Positions 25,404 to 34,807 of a stretch of 64,000 nt of DNA are shown piece by piece (the stretch's first letter is position 1; every line of letters begins with the position of its first letter). A model generated the notes under the pieces. That model had not been told where the DNA came from. It saw only the letters and a program-made list of their open reading frames with translations, and searched no databases. The position numbers and the translations under genes were made by a program. The DNA is from Armatimonadota bacterium (GTDB taxonomy: Bacteria; Cloacimonadota; Cloacimonadia; Cloacimonadales; TCS61): assembly GCA_013203665.1 (NCBI GenBank), contig JABMPU010000203.1, forward strand, positions 988 to 64,987, written 5' to 3'.

Positions 25404-28183
25404 TCCGATTTCAAGACATTGTTTCGGAACTAGAAAAATCCAATCTGTTTCTTAAAATTTGGAACTTTAAAAAGGATTTATTTTTTTCATCTATTGAAAC
25501 AGATTCTCGAAACTGCAAATCAAATTCCGTATTTGTTTGTATTTCCGGTTTTAAATTTGACGGACATAATTTTGCTGAAAATGTTGAAAAAAACGGAACT
25601 GAACTTATCATTTGTGAACGAAAACTCGATTCAAAAAAAACTCAGATAATTGTAAAAAATTCTCGAAAAGCTGCAGCAATCCTGGCAAAATTATTCTTTG
25701 ATAATCCAACAAAAAAATTCAAACTTGTAGGAGTTACAGGTACAAACGGAAAATCAACCATCACACATCTGATCGAAAATATTCTGCGGATGAACAAAAG
25801 AAAAGTCGGACTGATCGGAACTCTCGGTTATTATATTAATGGTAATAAATTTCCTTTGGAGCGAACAACTCCCGACATTATCGAATTAAACAGGATTTTT
25901 CGGAAAATGGTCTTGGAAAAAGTCGAATTCGTAATCATGGAAGTTTCTTCTCATTCACTTGCTTTGGAACGAGTTTTTGCTCTTCATTTTGATGCAGCAA
26001 TCTTTACAAATCTGACTCAAGAACATCTGGATTTTCATAAAAACTTGAAAGATTACGCTGATACTAAATTTAAACTTTTTGAATATGTTGCAGAGAATTC
26101 CGGAATTGCATTTATCAATATCGATGATAAATTCGGTTTAACTTATTTCAATAGATTAGAGTGCGAAAAATATAGTTTATCTTTTAAGAAAGGATATTTC
26201 ACTATTCAAAATATAAATACTGATCTGAATGGGACTTCATTTGATTTAAAGTTTCAGGAAAAAACTGAAAATTATAAAACAAACCTGATTGGAGCATTTA
26301 ATGCCTTTAATTTAGCTTCTGCTCTTGCCTTCATTAAAATTTGTGCTCCTGAAATTTCTGAGAAAGATGTTTATAAATATTTAAAACAAATCCATTGTAT
26401 TTCCGGCAGATTGGATAAAATTGAAAACAATAAAAACATCGGAATTTATGTAGATTTTGCACATACTCCTGATGCATTGAAAAATGTTTTGAGTTCAATA
26501 TCAAAAATAAAAAAGGGAAGATTGATCTGTGTTTTCGGAGCAGGTGGAGAACGTGATAAAACCAAACGTTCCCAGATGTTGGATGCATCACTTAAATTAG
26601 CCGATATTACAATCTTAACAAATGATAATCCTAGAAATGAAGAACCTGCAAAGATTTTCGGAGATATTATCCAAAACACAGATTTCATGGCTCCTTACTG
26701 GATCTTACCAGACAGAAGAATTGCCATCCAAACAGCAATTTCTATTGCTCGAAAAGATGATATTGTTCTGCTTGCCGGCAAAGGTCATGAAAAATACCAG
26801 ATCATAAAAGATAAGAAGTTTGAATTTAATGATGCTAACGAAGCACGCCTGACCTTGAAGAAAAGAAACATTTATTCTGAAAATGCTTTATCAATTCCAA
26901 TAGACATTCTGCAATTAGAAACTATTTTTAATCAAAAATTGGGTTTAAATGAAGATGTTATCTTCTATTCAGTTTCCACAGATTCCCGCACCATAAAAGA
27001 TAATTCGATTTTCTTTGCCCTGAAAGGTGAAAACTTTGATGGTCACAATTACGTTGAAGATGTGCTGAAACATCCAATCTGTGTAGCGGTTGTGAATAAT
27101 AATTTCAAACACGATTCAAAAAGATTAATCCGAGTTGATGATACACTTGCTGCTTATGGAAAGCTTGCTGCAAAATACAAATCGCTTTTCAATATCACAA
27201 CCATTGCGATTACCGGAAGCGTTGGTAAAACCACTGCAAAGGAATATATCTTCAATATTCTTTCAGATATCGCACCAACTTTGAAAAGCTTTGCCAATGA
27301 AAACAACCTCATCGGTCTTCCCAAAACGATTTTCAAATTACAACCAAATCATGAATTTGCTATTTTTGAGCTGGGTTCAAATCAGATTGGTGAAATACAG
27401 AAATTAGCAGATATCTGTAATCCTGATATTGGAATAATTACAAACATCGGTGCTTCTCACCTGGAATTTTTCAAAGATGAACAAGGAGTTTTTCAAGAAA
27501 AAATTTCTCTTTTTAAAAGAGAATTAAAACTGAAAATATTTCCCGGTGATGATGAGAAATTTGGCAAATTTAAAGGAATAACTTTCGGCAGAAATCCATC
27601 CAATAAATATCGGATTTCTGAAGTAGAACCAACCTCTGAAATAACAAAATTCAAACTGAACGAAATCGAATATCAAATAAATACTCCCTTTATTAAATTC
27701 GTCTCAAATGCAGTAATTGCTGTTGCTTTGACTACTGAACTGGGAATATCTAACAAACAAATCCGTAATGGTTTAAACAAACAATTGCAAATATCTCTAA
27801 GGATGGAAATCTGCAAATCAGATAAAAAAACTCTGCTCATCGATTGTTATAATGCCAACCCGGATTCTATGAAAGCAGCAATCGATTTCTGGGATAAGTA
27901 TGAACCGGAAAAACCTCACATTGCAATTTTGGGTGATATGTTGGAATTGGGATTATTGACAGAAAAATTGCATAAAGATATTTGTGAACAAATGAAAAAT
28001 CGAAAAGAGAAACATGTCATTTCCGTTGGAAACTGGTCACAAAATTTCAATGCTGATATTCATTTCTCTACAGTGGAAAAACTGATTTCTTCAGGGATTT
28101 ATACAAAGTTCCCACAGAATTGTGTTATTCTGCTGAAAGCATCACATTCAATAAGTTTGGAAAAAATTCTAAAGAGGTTGTAA
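25382..28183 (+). CDS. murE-murF: Fused MurE-MurF (UDP-MurNAc-tripeptide synthetase / UDP-MurNAc-pentapeptide synthetase)
   Basis: One 933-aa ORF. N-terminal half: 'VGVTGTNGKST', 'TNDNPRNEEP', 'AGKGHE' (MurE). C-terminal half: 'STDSRTI...FFALKGENFDGH', 'IAITGSVGKTT', 'ILGDMLELG' (MurF). Confidence 0.9.
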   Translation: MHNNSKLIRFQDIVSELEKSNLFLKIWNFKKDLFFSSIETDSRNCKSNSVFVCISGFKFDGHNFAENVEKNGTELIICERKLDSKKTQIIVKNSRKAAAILAKLFFDNPTKKFKLVGVTGTNGKSTITHLIENILRMNKRKVGLIGTLGYYINGNKFPLERTTPDIIELNRIFRKMVLEKVEFVIMEVSSHSLALERVFALHFDAAIFTNLTQEHLDFHKNLKDYADTKFKLFEYVAENSGIAFINIDDKFGLTYFNRLECEKYSLSFKKGYFTIQNINTDLNGTSFDLKFQEKTENYKTNLIGAFNAFNLASALAFIKICAPEISEKDVYKYLKQIHCISGRLDKIENNKNIGIYVDFAHTPDALKNVLSSISKIKKGRLICVFGAGGERDKTKRSQMLDASLKLADITILTNDNPRNEEPAKIFGDIIQNTDFMAPYWILPDRRIAIQTAISIARKDDIVLLAGKGHEKYQIIKDKKFEFNDANEARLTLKKRNIYSENALSIPIDILQLETIFNQKLGLNEDVIFYSVSTDSRTIKDNSIFFALKGENFDGHNYVEDVLKHPICVAVVNNNFKHDSKRLIRVDDTLAAYGKLAAKYKSLFNITTIAITGSVGKTTAKEYIFNILSDIAPTLKSFANENNLIGLPKTIFKLQPNHEFAIFELGSNQIGEIQKLADICNPDIGIITNIGASHLEFFKDEQGVFQEKISLFKRELKLKIFPGDDEKFGKFKGITFGRNPSNKYRISEVEPTSEITKFKLNEIEYQINTPFIKFVSNAVIAVALTTELGISNKQIRNGLNKQLQISLRMEICKSDKKTLLIDCYNANPDSMKAAIDFWDKYEPEKPHIAILGDMLELGLLTEKLHKDICEQMKNRKEKHVISVGNWSQNFNADIHFSTVEKLISSGIYTKFPQNCVILLKASHSISLEKILKRL

Positions 28184-28185
28184 TT

Positions 28186-29301
28186 ATGCTTTATCATATC
28201 TTTGAACCGCTCGTAAACACACAGGTTTTGGGCTTTTACATTTTCAATATCTTTCAATATGTCACTTTCAGGTCGATTGCTGCTTTTATTACTGCTCTGC
28301 TTTTTTCTTTATTTTTAGGACCTAAATTCATTCGACTTTTAAAACATCATATGGCAGTGGAAACTATCAATGAATATCTCCCGCCGAGTCATCAGGCAAA
28401 AAAAGGCACACCAACAATGGGTGGTTTAATCGTACTTTCAGCTCTTTTGCTTTCGGTTGTGTTGTGGAATAACCTCGTAAATCCTTATATCTTAATTATG
28501 TTATTAACCACAATCTGGTTAGGTTGTATCGGTTTTCTGGATGATTATCTTAAAAACTTCAGACACACGAAACACGGTTTGATTGCCAGATATAAATTGA
28601 TGGCTCAGGTTTTATTGGGATTGCTGATAGCGTTTATTCTATTTTTCGGTTCACCGGATAAGACAATTATTACAAGCATAAATCTTCCTTTCTGGAAAAA
28701 TACAATCATTCATCTTGGCTGGTTTTTCATTCCTTTTGTGATTTTTATGATCGTGGGAACTTCCAATGCAGTAAATTTAACTGACGGATTAGATGGACTC
28801 GCAGCAGGAACAATTGCTCTCGCAGCCTTTGCTCTGGGTGTGATGGCTTATATTAAGGGTAATTTTATAATAGCAAAATATCTCAATATGGATTTCATCC
28901 AGAATGCTGGAGAATTAACAATTTTCATTTCAGCTTTAGTCGGAACTTTAATCGGATTTTTATGGTATAATACTAAACCTGCCCAGATTTTTTTAGGTGA
29001 CACAGGCTCACTTTCTTTAGGCGGAATTTTAGCTGTACTAGCGATTTTGATTCGGGAAGAAATATTTCTGGCTATTGTGGGAGGTGTGTTTGTGATCGAA
29101 GCTTTATCAACAATTTCGCAAAGGTATTTCTTTAAATACACCCGCAAAAAAACCGGAACAGGCAAAAGAATATTCCGCTGTGCACCTTTGCATCATCACT
29201 TTGAACTTCTCGGGCATCCGGAAGAAAAAATCGTGATCCGATTCTGGATCATTGCCATGCTTCTCGTTGCCATCGGACTGGCTACCATTAAGATGAGATA
29301 A
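28186..29301 (+). CDS. mraY: Phospho-N-acetylmuramoyl-pentapeptide transferase MraY
   Basis: 'KKGTPTMGG', 'NAVNLTDGLDGLA' and 'PLHHHFE'. I preferred ATG 28186 to the overlapping 28120 track start. Confidence 0.95.
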   Translation: MLYHIFEPLVNTQVLGFYIFNIFQYVTFRSIAAFITALLFSLFLGPKFIRLLKHHMAVETINEYLPPSHQAKKGTPTMGGLIVLSALLLSVVLWNNLVNPYILIMLLTTIWLGCIGFLDDYLKNFRHTKHGLIARYKLMAQVLLGLLIAFILFFGSPDKTIITSINLPFWKNTIIHLGWFFIPFVIFMIVGTSNAVNLTDGLDGLAAGTIALAAFALGVMAYIKGNFIIAKYLNMDFIQNAGELTIFISALVGTLIGFLWYNTKPAQIFLGDTGSLSLGGILAVLAILIREEIFLAIVGGVFVIEALSTISQRYFFKYTRKKTGTGKRIFRCAPLHHHFELLGHPEEKIVIRFWIIAMLLVAIGLATIKMR

Positions 29302-29415
29302 ATAGCTGGTGTTTGTCTATTTTATACCGGAAAACATAATTCAAGTTCTTTCTGAATAAATTAAATATTTTCTTTATATTTTATTAAAATAATCATCAAT
29401 TAATGCGATAAAATT

Positions 29416-30750
29416 ATGAATCTAAAGAATAAAAGAATCGGTATTTTAGGAATGGCAAAAAGCGGATTAGCTGCTGCGAAAAAAATCCAAGAACTCGGCG
29501 GTATTCCATTTCTAAGTGAATTAAAAACTGAAGAAAATATCAATGATTCTCTCTTCATAAAAAAAAGATTCGAATGTGAATTTGAAGGTCACACAGAAAA
29601 ATTATTCAATTCTGATCTTATCATTGTAAGTCCGGGAATTCCTTTGAATATTCCTATCCTTCAAAAAGCAAAAGCAAAAAAAAATAAACTTATCAGCGAA
29701 ATCGAATTTGGTTATTTGCTCAAACATCCTGCTAGTAAAATCATTGCTGTGACCGGCTCTAACGGGAAAAGTACAACTGTCAGTTTAATCCATCACATTC
29801 TTCAAACAGCAGGTTATAAATCCATCTTAGCAGGAAATATTGGAAACGCTCTCACTTCATTCCCAATCGATGAAAAAGGAATCGATTTCATTGTGTTGGA
29901 ATTAAGTAGCTTTCAGTTGGATTTGATAGATACATTCAAAGCAGATGTGGGAGTTATTTTAAATATCACTCCAGACCATTTAAATAGATATTCATCTTTT
30001 GATGATTATGCAAATTCCAAAATGAATATTTTCCAGAATCAAACTGAAAATGATTTGGCAATTATAAACTTAGACGATAACACACTTCTGAAATTCCATC
30101 ACAAAATCAGTTCTATAAAAAAATCTTTTTCATTGAAATCTAAAGCAGATGTATATTTTGATGGAAATTTTATTATCCATCAAAAAGATAAATTTTCTTT
30201 AACAGACACAAAATTGTTCGGTCCTCATAACATCGCAAATATTATGGCTTCCATTCTTGCAGTTTCTTATTTAGGAATTAATTCAGAAATTATTAGAAAA
30301 GCTTTGAAAACATTCTCTCCTCTTCCCCATCGTTTGGAATTCATCACACAAATAAATAGCGTTAAATTCTTTAACGATTCTAAAGCAACTAATACGGATT
30401 CTGTGAAATTTGCTCTTAAATCGTTTGCAAAACCTGTCAGGATTATTATGGGAGGTTCTGATAAAGAAGAAGATTATTCTGTTTTAAATCCGCTTCTGAA
30501 AAAACATGCAAAGAAGATTTATCTAATCGGAGAAACTGCCAATAAAATGAAAGAAATCTTCATATCCGCAGCAGATATTTCTACTTTTACTGATTTAAAA
30601 AAATGTATTTTCACTGCTTTTTCTGAGGCTGAAAAAGATGATATAATTCTGCTTTCTCCGGGATGTGCAAGTTTTGATATGTTCAACAATTTTGAGGAAC
30701 GAGGTTACACCTTTAAAAAAATCGTAACGGAACTGAAAAATGAAAACTAA
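29416..30750 (+). CDS. murD: UDP-N-acetylmuramoylalanine--D-glutamate ligase MurD
   Basis: 'IGILGMAKSG', 'VTGSNGKSTT' and 'LSPGCASFDMF'. Confidence 0.9.
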   Translation: MNLKNKRIGILGMAKSGLAAAKKIQELGGIPFLSELKTEENINDSLFIKKRFECEFEGHTEKLFNSDLIIVSPGIPLNIPILQKAKAKKNKLISEIEFGYLLKHPASKIIAVTGSNGKSTTVSLIHHILQTAGYKSILAGNIGNALTSFPIDEKGIDFIVLELSSFQLDLIDTFKADVGVILNITPDHLNRYSSFDDYANSKMNIFQNQTENDLAIINLDDNTLLKFHHKISSIKKSFSLKSKADVYFDGNFIIHQKDKFSLTDTKLFGPHNIANIMASILAVSYLGINSEIIRKALKTFSPLPHRLEFITQINSVKFFNDSKATNTDSVKFALKSFAKPVRIIMGGSDKEEDYSVLNPLLKKHAKKIYLIGETANKMKEIFISAADISTFTDLKKCIFTAFSEAEKDDIILLSPGCASFDMFNNFEERGYTFKKIVTELKNEN

Positions 30751-31876
30751 GAGTTATATCACAGATTATGACCATCTGATTTTTTTCGCTTACATTGTTC
30801 TTGTTTTCATCGGACTTTATATGCAACTGAATATCAGTTCCGTTCGTACAGATATGTCCTTTTTCTACAGACAATCAATCTGGTTTGTAATTTCCCTTGC
30901 TTCAGTATGGTTTGCTTTTAAAGTTGTTAATCTCGGAAAAATCAGGAAATATATCATTATCTTTGTAATCATAACAATCGCACTTCTTGTTCTCGTTTTG
31001 TTTTTTGGCACTTATGTTAAAGGAGGAACAAGAAGCCTGAGAATCTGGAAAATCAGTATTCAGCCAAGTTTGATCGCTCGGGTTGTGCTGGTTCTCTATT
31101 TCGCTCACATTCTTGAAAGAAAAAAAGATTTTTTAAAAAATTCTCATCCAATTGGATTCCTGAGAAATTTTCATCCTCTGATAGTTTTTTCCATAATAAT
31201 CTTTGGCTTAATCTTATATGAAAAGCATTTCAGCCCTCTAGTTATTTCCGGTTTTACATTATTATCTCTTTTGTGGCTTGCTAAAATAAGATTCTCAACT
31301 ATTTCAATAATTCTGACAATTATCCTGATCTGTGGATTTTTAGTCATAAAATTTGGTCCGGAATATCGAAATGAAAGAATGGAAATTTATGCCAAATATT
31401 CTCTTTTTCATAAGATATTCAATAAACAAAGCGATTATCAAGGCGAGAAAAACTATCAAGTTAAAGAAAGCCTGATTTCACTTTCCAGTGGAAAATTATT
31501 CGGAACATCACCCAGCAGAGGAACCGGAAAACACTATTTTCTTCCGGAAGCAAAAACAGATTATATCTTTGCAATCATCGGCGAAGAATTTGGATTTATT
31601 GGAGCTTTTTCGGTTTTAGGATTATATATTTTTCTTTTTTATCGTTCTCTGAAATCTTCAAATAAAAAGGAGAACTTATTTCTGAGATTAGCCGGATATG
31701 GGCTGGGAATGAATATATTTTTTAATGCAATGGTAAATATCGGGGTTGGCATGTCTGCACTTCCTTCCACTGGTGTTACATTGCCTTTTATAAGTTACGG
31801 AGGCACCTCGCTTCTGGTTAATTCATTTTCAATCGGTTTGCTATTAAATATCAGTGCGAAACGCACAAACTTTTAA
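30740..31876 (+). CDS. ftsW: Peptidoglycan glycosyltransferase FtsW (SEDS family)
   Basis: Polytopic, with 'LPEAKTDYIFAIIGEEFGFIGA' and 'LPFISYGGTS'. Confidence 0.9.
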   Translation: MKTKSYITDYDHLIFFAYIVLVFIGLYMQLNISSVRTDMSFFYRQSIWFVISLASVWFAFKVVNLGKIRKYIIIFVIITIALLVLVLFFGTYVKGGTRSLRIWKISIQPSLIARVVLVLYFAHILERKKDFLKNSHPIGFLRNFHPLIVFSIIIFGLILYEKHFSPLVISGFTLLSLLWLAKIRFSTISIILTIILICGFLVIKFGPEYRNERMEIYAKYSLFHKIFNKQSDYQGEKNYQVKESLISLSSGKLFGTSPSRGTGKHYFLPEAKTDYIFAIIGEEFGFIGAFSVLGLYIFLFYRSLKSSNKKENLFLRLAGYGLGMNIFFNAMVNIGVGMSALPSTGVTLPFISYGGTSLLVNSFSIGLLLNISAKRTNF

Positions 31877-31887
31877 ATGAAGATTTA

Positions 31888-32979
31888 ATGAAAGAATCAA
31901 GAAATTCAAAAAGAATTCTGATTGCAGCCGGTGGAACCGGTGGACATATTATTCCTGCCATCTCTATTGCTAAAGAGTTTATCAAAAAAAATCATGCTGT
32001 GCTTTTTATAGGAAATAAGAATAGTATGGAAGAAGAAAGTTGCAAACGAGTCTCCATCCCATTTAAAGGAATCGATGTTCAAAAATTTTATAGGAAATTT
32101 ACTTTTGCTCATTATAAGTTTCCTTTTAAATTAATTAAAAGTGTGATTACTTCAAAGAAAATTATTAACGAGTTCAAGCCAGATGCATTTATGGGAACCG
32201 GAGGTTTCGTTTCCGGTCCGGTTGGATATGCTGCACATTTAAAAAAAATCCCGATTTTCCTACAGGAACAAAACAGTTTTCCGGGTGCTACTACTCGAAT
32301 TCTCAGTAAATATGCAGAAAAAATATTTCTTGGAAATGAATGTGCTGAAAAATATTTGTCGAAAGGAAAAACCATTTTATCAGGTAACCCAATAAATTCC
32401 AATGTTATCGAAGAAAAATCACAAATCGATTTTAAGAAATTCGGATTAAAAAAGGAATCAATTAAATTATTTCTTTTAGGTGGAAGTCAGGGTTCATTAG
32501 TTTTGAATAAAGCTCTTTATCCGATTATCAATGATTTAATCTCCTCAAATATTGAAATTATCTGGCAGATTGGAAAATTCAGTTATAAAGAGTTCTCAAA
32601 AAAAATAAAAAATAAATCTGGAATTTATGCATTTGATTTCAGTGATGAAATAGGAAAAATTTACAATTCTGTGGATTTCTGTATTGCTCGTGCTGGAGCA
32701 CTAACTCTGGCAGAACTCGAAACAAAAAAAATTCCATCGATTCTCATTCCTCTTCCTTCTGCTGCAGAAAATCATCAATATTATAATGCTCTGGAATTAA
32801 AAAATAAAAAAGTTGCAGAAATAATCCAGCAGAAAGATTTGAATCCTGAAGTTCTTAAAAATGAAATTTTTGAGATGATGGGAAAATATCTGGAAATGCG
32901 AGAGAATTTTGGGGAAAGTAAACATCTTGATTCTGCTAAAATTATTGCGGAAGAAATCCAAAAAATATTGGGAGATTAA
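31888..32979 (+). CDS. murG: Undecaprenyldiphospho-MurNAc-pentapeptide beta-GlcNAc transferase MurG
   Basis: 'AAGGTGGHIIPAISIA', 'GTGGFVSGP' and 'RAGALTLAEL...P...HQ..NA'. Confidence 0.9.
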   Translation: MKESRNSKRILIAAGGTGGHIIPAISIAKEFIKKNHAVLFIGNKNSMEEESCKRVSIPFKGIDVQKFYRKFTFAHYKFPFKLIKSVITSKKIINEFKPDAFMGTGGFVSGPVGYAAHLKKIPIFLQEQNSFPGATTRILSKYAEKIFLGNECAEKYLSKGKTILSGNPINSNVIEEKSQIDFKKFGLKKESIKLFLLGGSQGSLVLNKALYPIINDLISSNIEIIWQIGKFSYKEFSKKIKNKSGIYAFDFSDEIGKIYNSVDFCIARAGALTLAELETKKIPSILIPLPSAAENHQYYNALELKNKKVAEIIQQKDLNPEVLKNEIFEMMGKYLEMRENFGESKHLDSAKIIAEEIQKILGD

Positions 32980-32986
32980 ATTCAAA

Positions 32987-33715
32987 TTGAAAAAAGAAAT
33001 TATACTGAATCTTATTAATGAATATAAAAATTCAGGAAAGAAGTATTTCAGTTTAAAAAAACTGAAAGAGAATTTATTTTCACAAGAGCCTGTCTTCAAT
33101 CCTGAGACTTTAAAGAAAAATCTTTCACGTTTTAAAAAAGAAGGATATATTCATTCCGCGGGTCGAGGTTGGTATTCTTTTCTGCCCGATGTTTTTGAAT
33201 TAGATACAGCACCTATAAGAAACACTATAAATTTATTGAAAAGAGAATTTCCATTACTGGATTTTAATATCTGGAGCACGGAACAGCTTCTCCCCTATTT
33301 TCATCACATTCCCACCAGGTTTTTCACTTTTATTTATGCAGAACGAGATTATCTGCAAACAATTTATGAGAGACTTGTTGAAAAAGGCAAAAAAGTTTAT
33401 TTGGATCCCAAAATCAAAGAAATTGAAAAAATCTTTAATGTGGAAAGAGACATTTTTATCATTCGTCCTTCAATCACCTTAGAACCGATAGAAAATAATC
33501 ATTCAACAATAGAAAAGATACTAGTTGATATATATATTGAAAAGGATAATTTACAATTTCTGGATAAATGGGAATATGAAAGAATATTTGAAAATATAGT
33601 AGGATACAATTCTATCCAAATTGACTTAATTACTTATTATATAAGACGCAGAAAGCTATCGAAGAATTGTCCCCTTTACGCAATAATATACACATATTGC
33701 GTAGAGTGGACTTAG
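32987..33715 (+). CDS. abiEi: AbiEi-like antitoxin / transcriptional regulator (type IV TA, abortive-infection AbiE family)
   Basis: N-terminal wHTH-like 'FSLKKLKENL...LKKNLSRFKKEGYIHSAGRGWYSF'. It lies directly upstream of an AbiEii-like gene (9-nt gap). TTG 32987 is in frame just after the murG stop; the 32909 track start overlaps murG. Confidence 0.5.
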   Translation: MKKEIILNLINEYKNSGKKYFSLKKLKENLFSQEPVFNPETLKKNLSRFKKEGYIHSAGRGWYSFLPDVFELDTAPIRNTINLLKREFPLLDFNIWSTEQLLPYFHHIPTRFFTFIYAERDYLQTIYERLVEKGKKVYLDPKIKEIEKIFNVERDIFIIRPSITLEPIENNHSTIEKILVDIYIEKDNLQFLDKWEYERIFENIVGYNSIQIDLITYYIRRRKLSKNCPLYAIIYTYCVEWT

Positions 33716-33724
33716 AGATGAATA

Positions 33725-34798
33725 ATGATAAATGAAACTTGTTTCGAGAAAGATTACATACAGAATTTCCGAAATATTTATAAAAAAGCGAATTCGGAAT
33801 ATGTAGAAAAAACCATCTTTGCTTTTGAATTGCTTTATTTGTTAGTAAAATCTGATATGGATTTCATTTTTAAAGGAGGAACAAGTTTATTGCTGCTGCT
33901 ACCGGAACCAAAAAGATTATCCATTGATATCGATATCGTAGGAGAGATAGATGTTTCAAAATTAGATTCAATTATTGAGGATACTAAATTTTCTAAAATT
34001 GAACCTGATGTTCGTAAAAATGATAAAGCTTGCATCAAACACTTTAAATTCTTTTATGATTCCGTTTTTAAAGTTAAGAATCCTTATGTTTTATTAGATA
34101 TTATTACCAAAAAGCATAATTATAAAAATTTTCAGTTTAAACTTTTAAAAACTCCCTTTTTTGAAACAGATGCGGATATAAAAGTAAAACTACCATTTAT
34201 TAATTCAATCTTGGGTGACAAATTAACAGCATTTGCCCCAAATACAATCGGGATCCCTTTTGATGAGCAGAGTGCAGCAAGAAAAACAGGTATTATAAAA
34301 CAATTATTTGATATTTCAAATCTATTTGATTATGCTGATGATTTAAGTGAAATTGCGAGTTCTTATAAAAATATACATTCGTTTGAATGTGAAATAAGAG
34401 GAACTAACTTTCCTCATAAAGGAACATTAAATGATTCGATCGCTACTTCATTTTTGATCTGTCAATCCGGTTTAAAAGGAAGTATCTCAAATAATCAATT
34501 AGCAATGCTCAGGTCGGGTTGCAGGAATTTGGCCAATTATCTGTTAAAAGAGAATTTTTCATTAGATTCAGCAAAAATACCAGCAGCTAAAACAGCTTTT
34601 ATATCATCTGCAATTTTACATAATTTGAAAATCGAATTGAATAAAGCAAGATTTACATCTGGAAAAATTACAGAAATTAAAGATTTTGAAATTACCGGAA
34701 AGTACGAAATTCTAAATCGTTTGAAAAATTCCTTACCCGAAGCTTTTTATTATTGGTTTCTCGTTTCACAAATAGAAAAAAATATAAGTATTATTTAA
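33725..34798 (+). CDS. abiEii: Nucleotidyltransferase AbiEii/AbiGii toxin family protein (DUF1814)
   Basis: 'FIFKGGTSLLLLLPEPKRLSIDIDIVGE' matches the pol-beta NTase hGG...DxD motif of AbiEii. The size (357 aa) and the pairing with an AbiEi-like gene also fit. Confidence 0.7.
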   Translation: MINETCFEKDYIQNFRNIYKKANSEYVEKTIFAFELLYLLVKSDMDFIFKGGTSLLLLLPEPKRLSIDIDIVGEIDVSKLDSIIEDTKFSKIEPDVRKNDKACIKHFKFFYDSVFKVKNPYVLLDIITKKHNYKNFQFKLLKTPFFETDADIKVKLPFINSILGDKLTAFAPNTIGIPFDEQSAARKTGIIKQLFDISNLFDYADDLSEIASSYKNIHSFECEIRGTNFPHKGTLNDSIATSFLICQSGLKGSISNNQLAMLRSGCRNLANYLLKENFSLDSAKIPAAKTAFISSAILHNLKIELNKARFTSGKITEIKDFEITGKYEILNRLKNSLPEAFYYWFLVSQIEKNISII

Positions 34799-34807
34799 GG
34801 AATTATT

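Noticed and set aside
28120-28185. Longer mraY start overlapping murE-murF
   Set aside because: The MraY family N-terminus ('MLYHIFEPL...') begins at ATG 28186, 2 nt after the murF stop. The upstream extension is just the alternate frame of the murF 3' end.
32909-32986. Track start of the AbiEi-like ORF inside murG
   Set aside because: It would overlap murG by 71 nt. An in-frame TTG at 32987, directly after the murG stop, gives an N-terminus (LKKEIILNLINEY...) consistent with a wHTH domain start.
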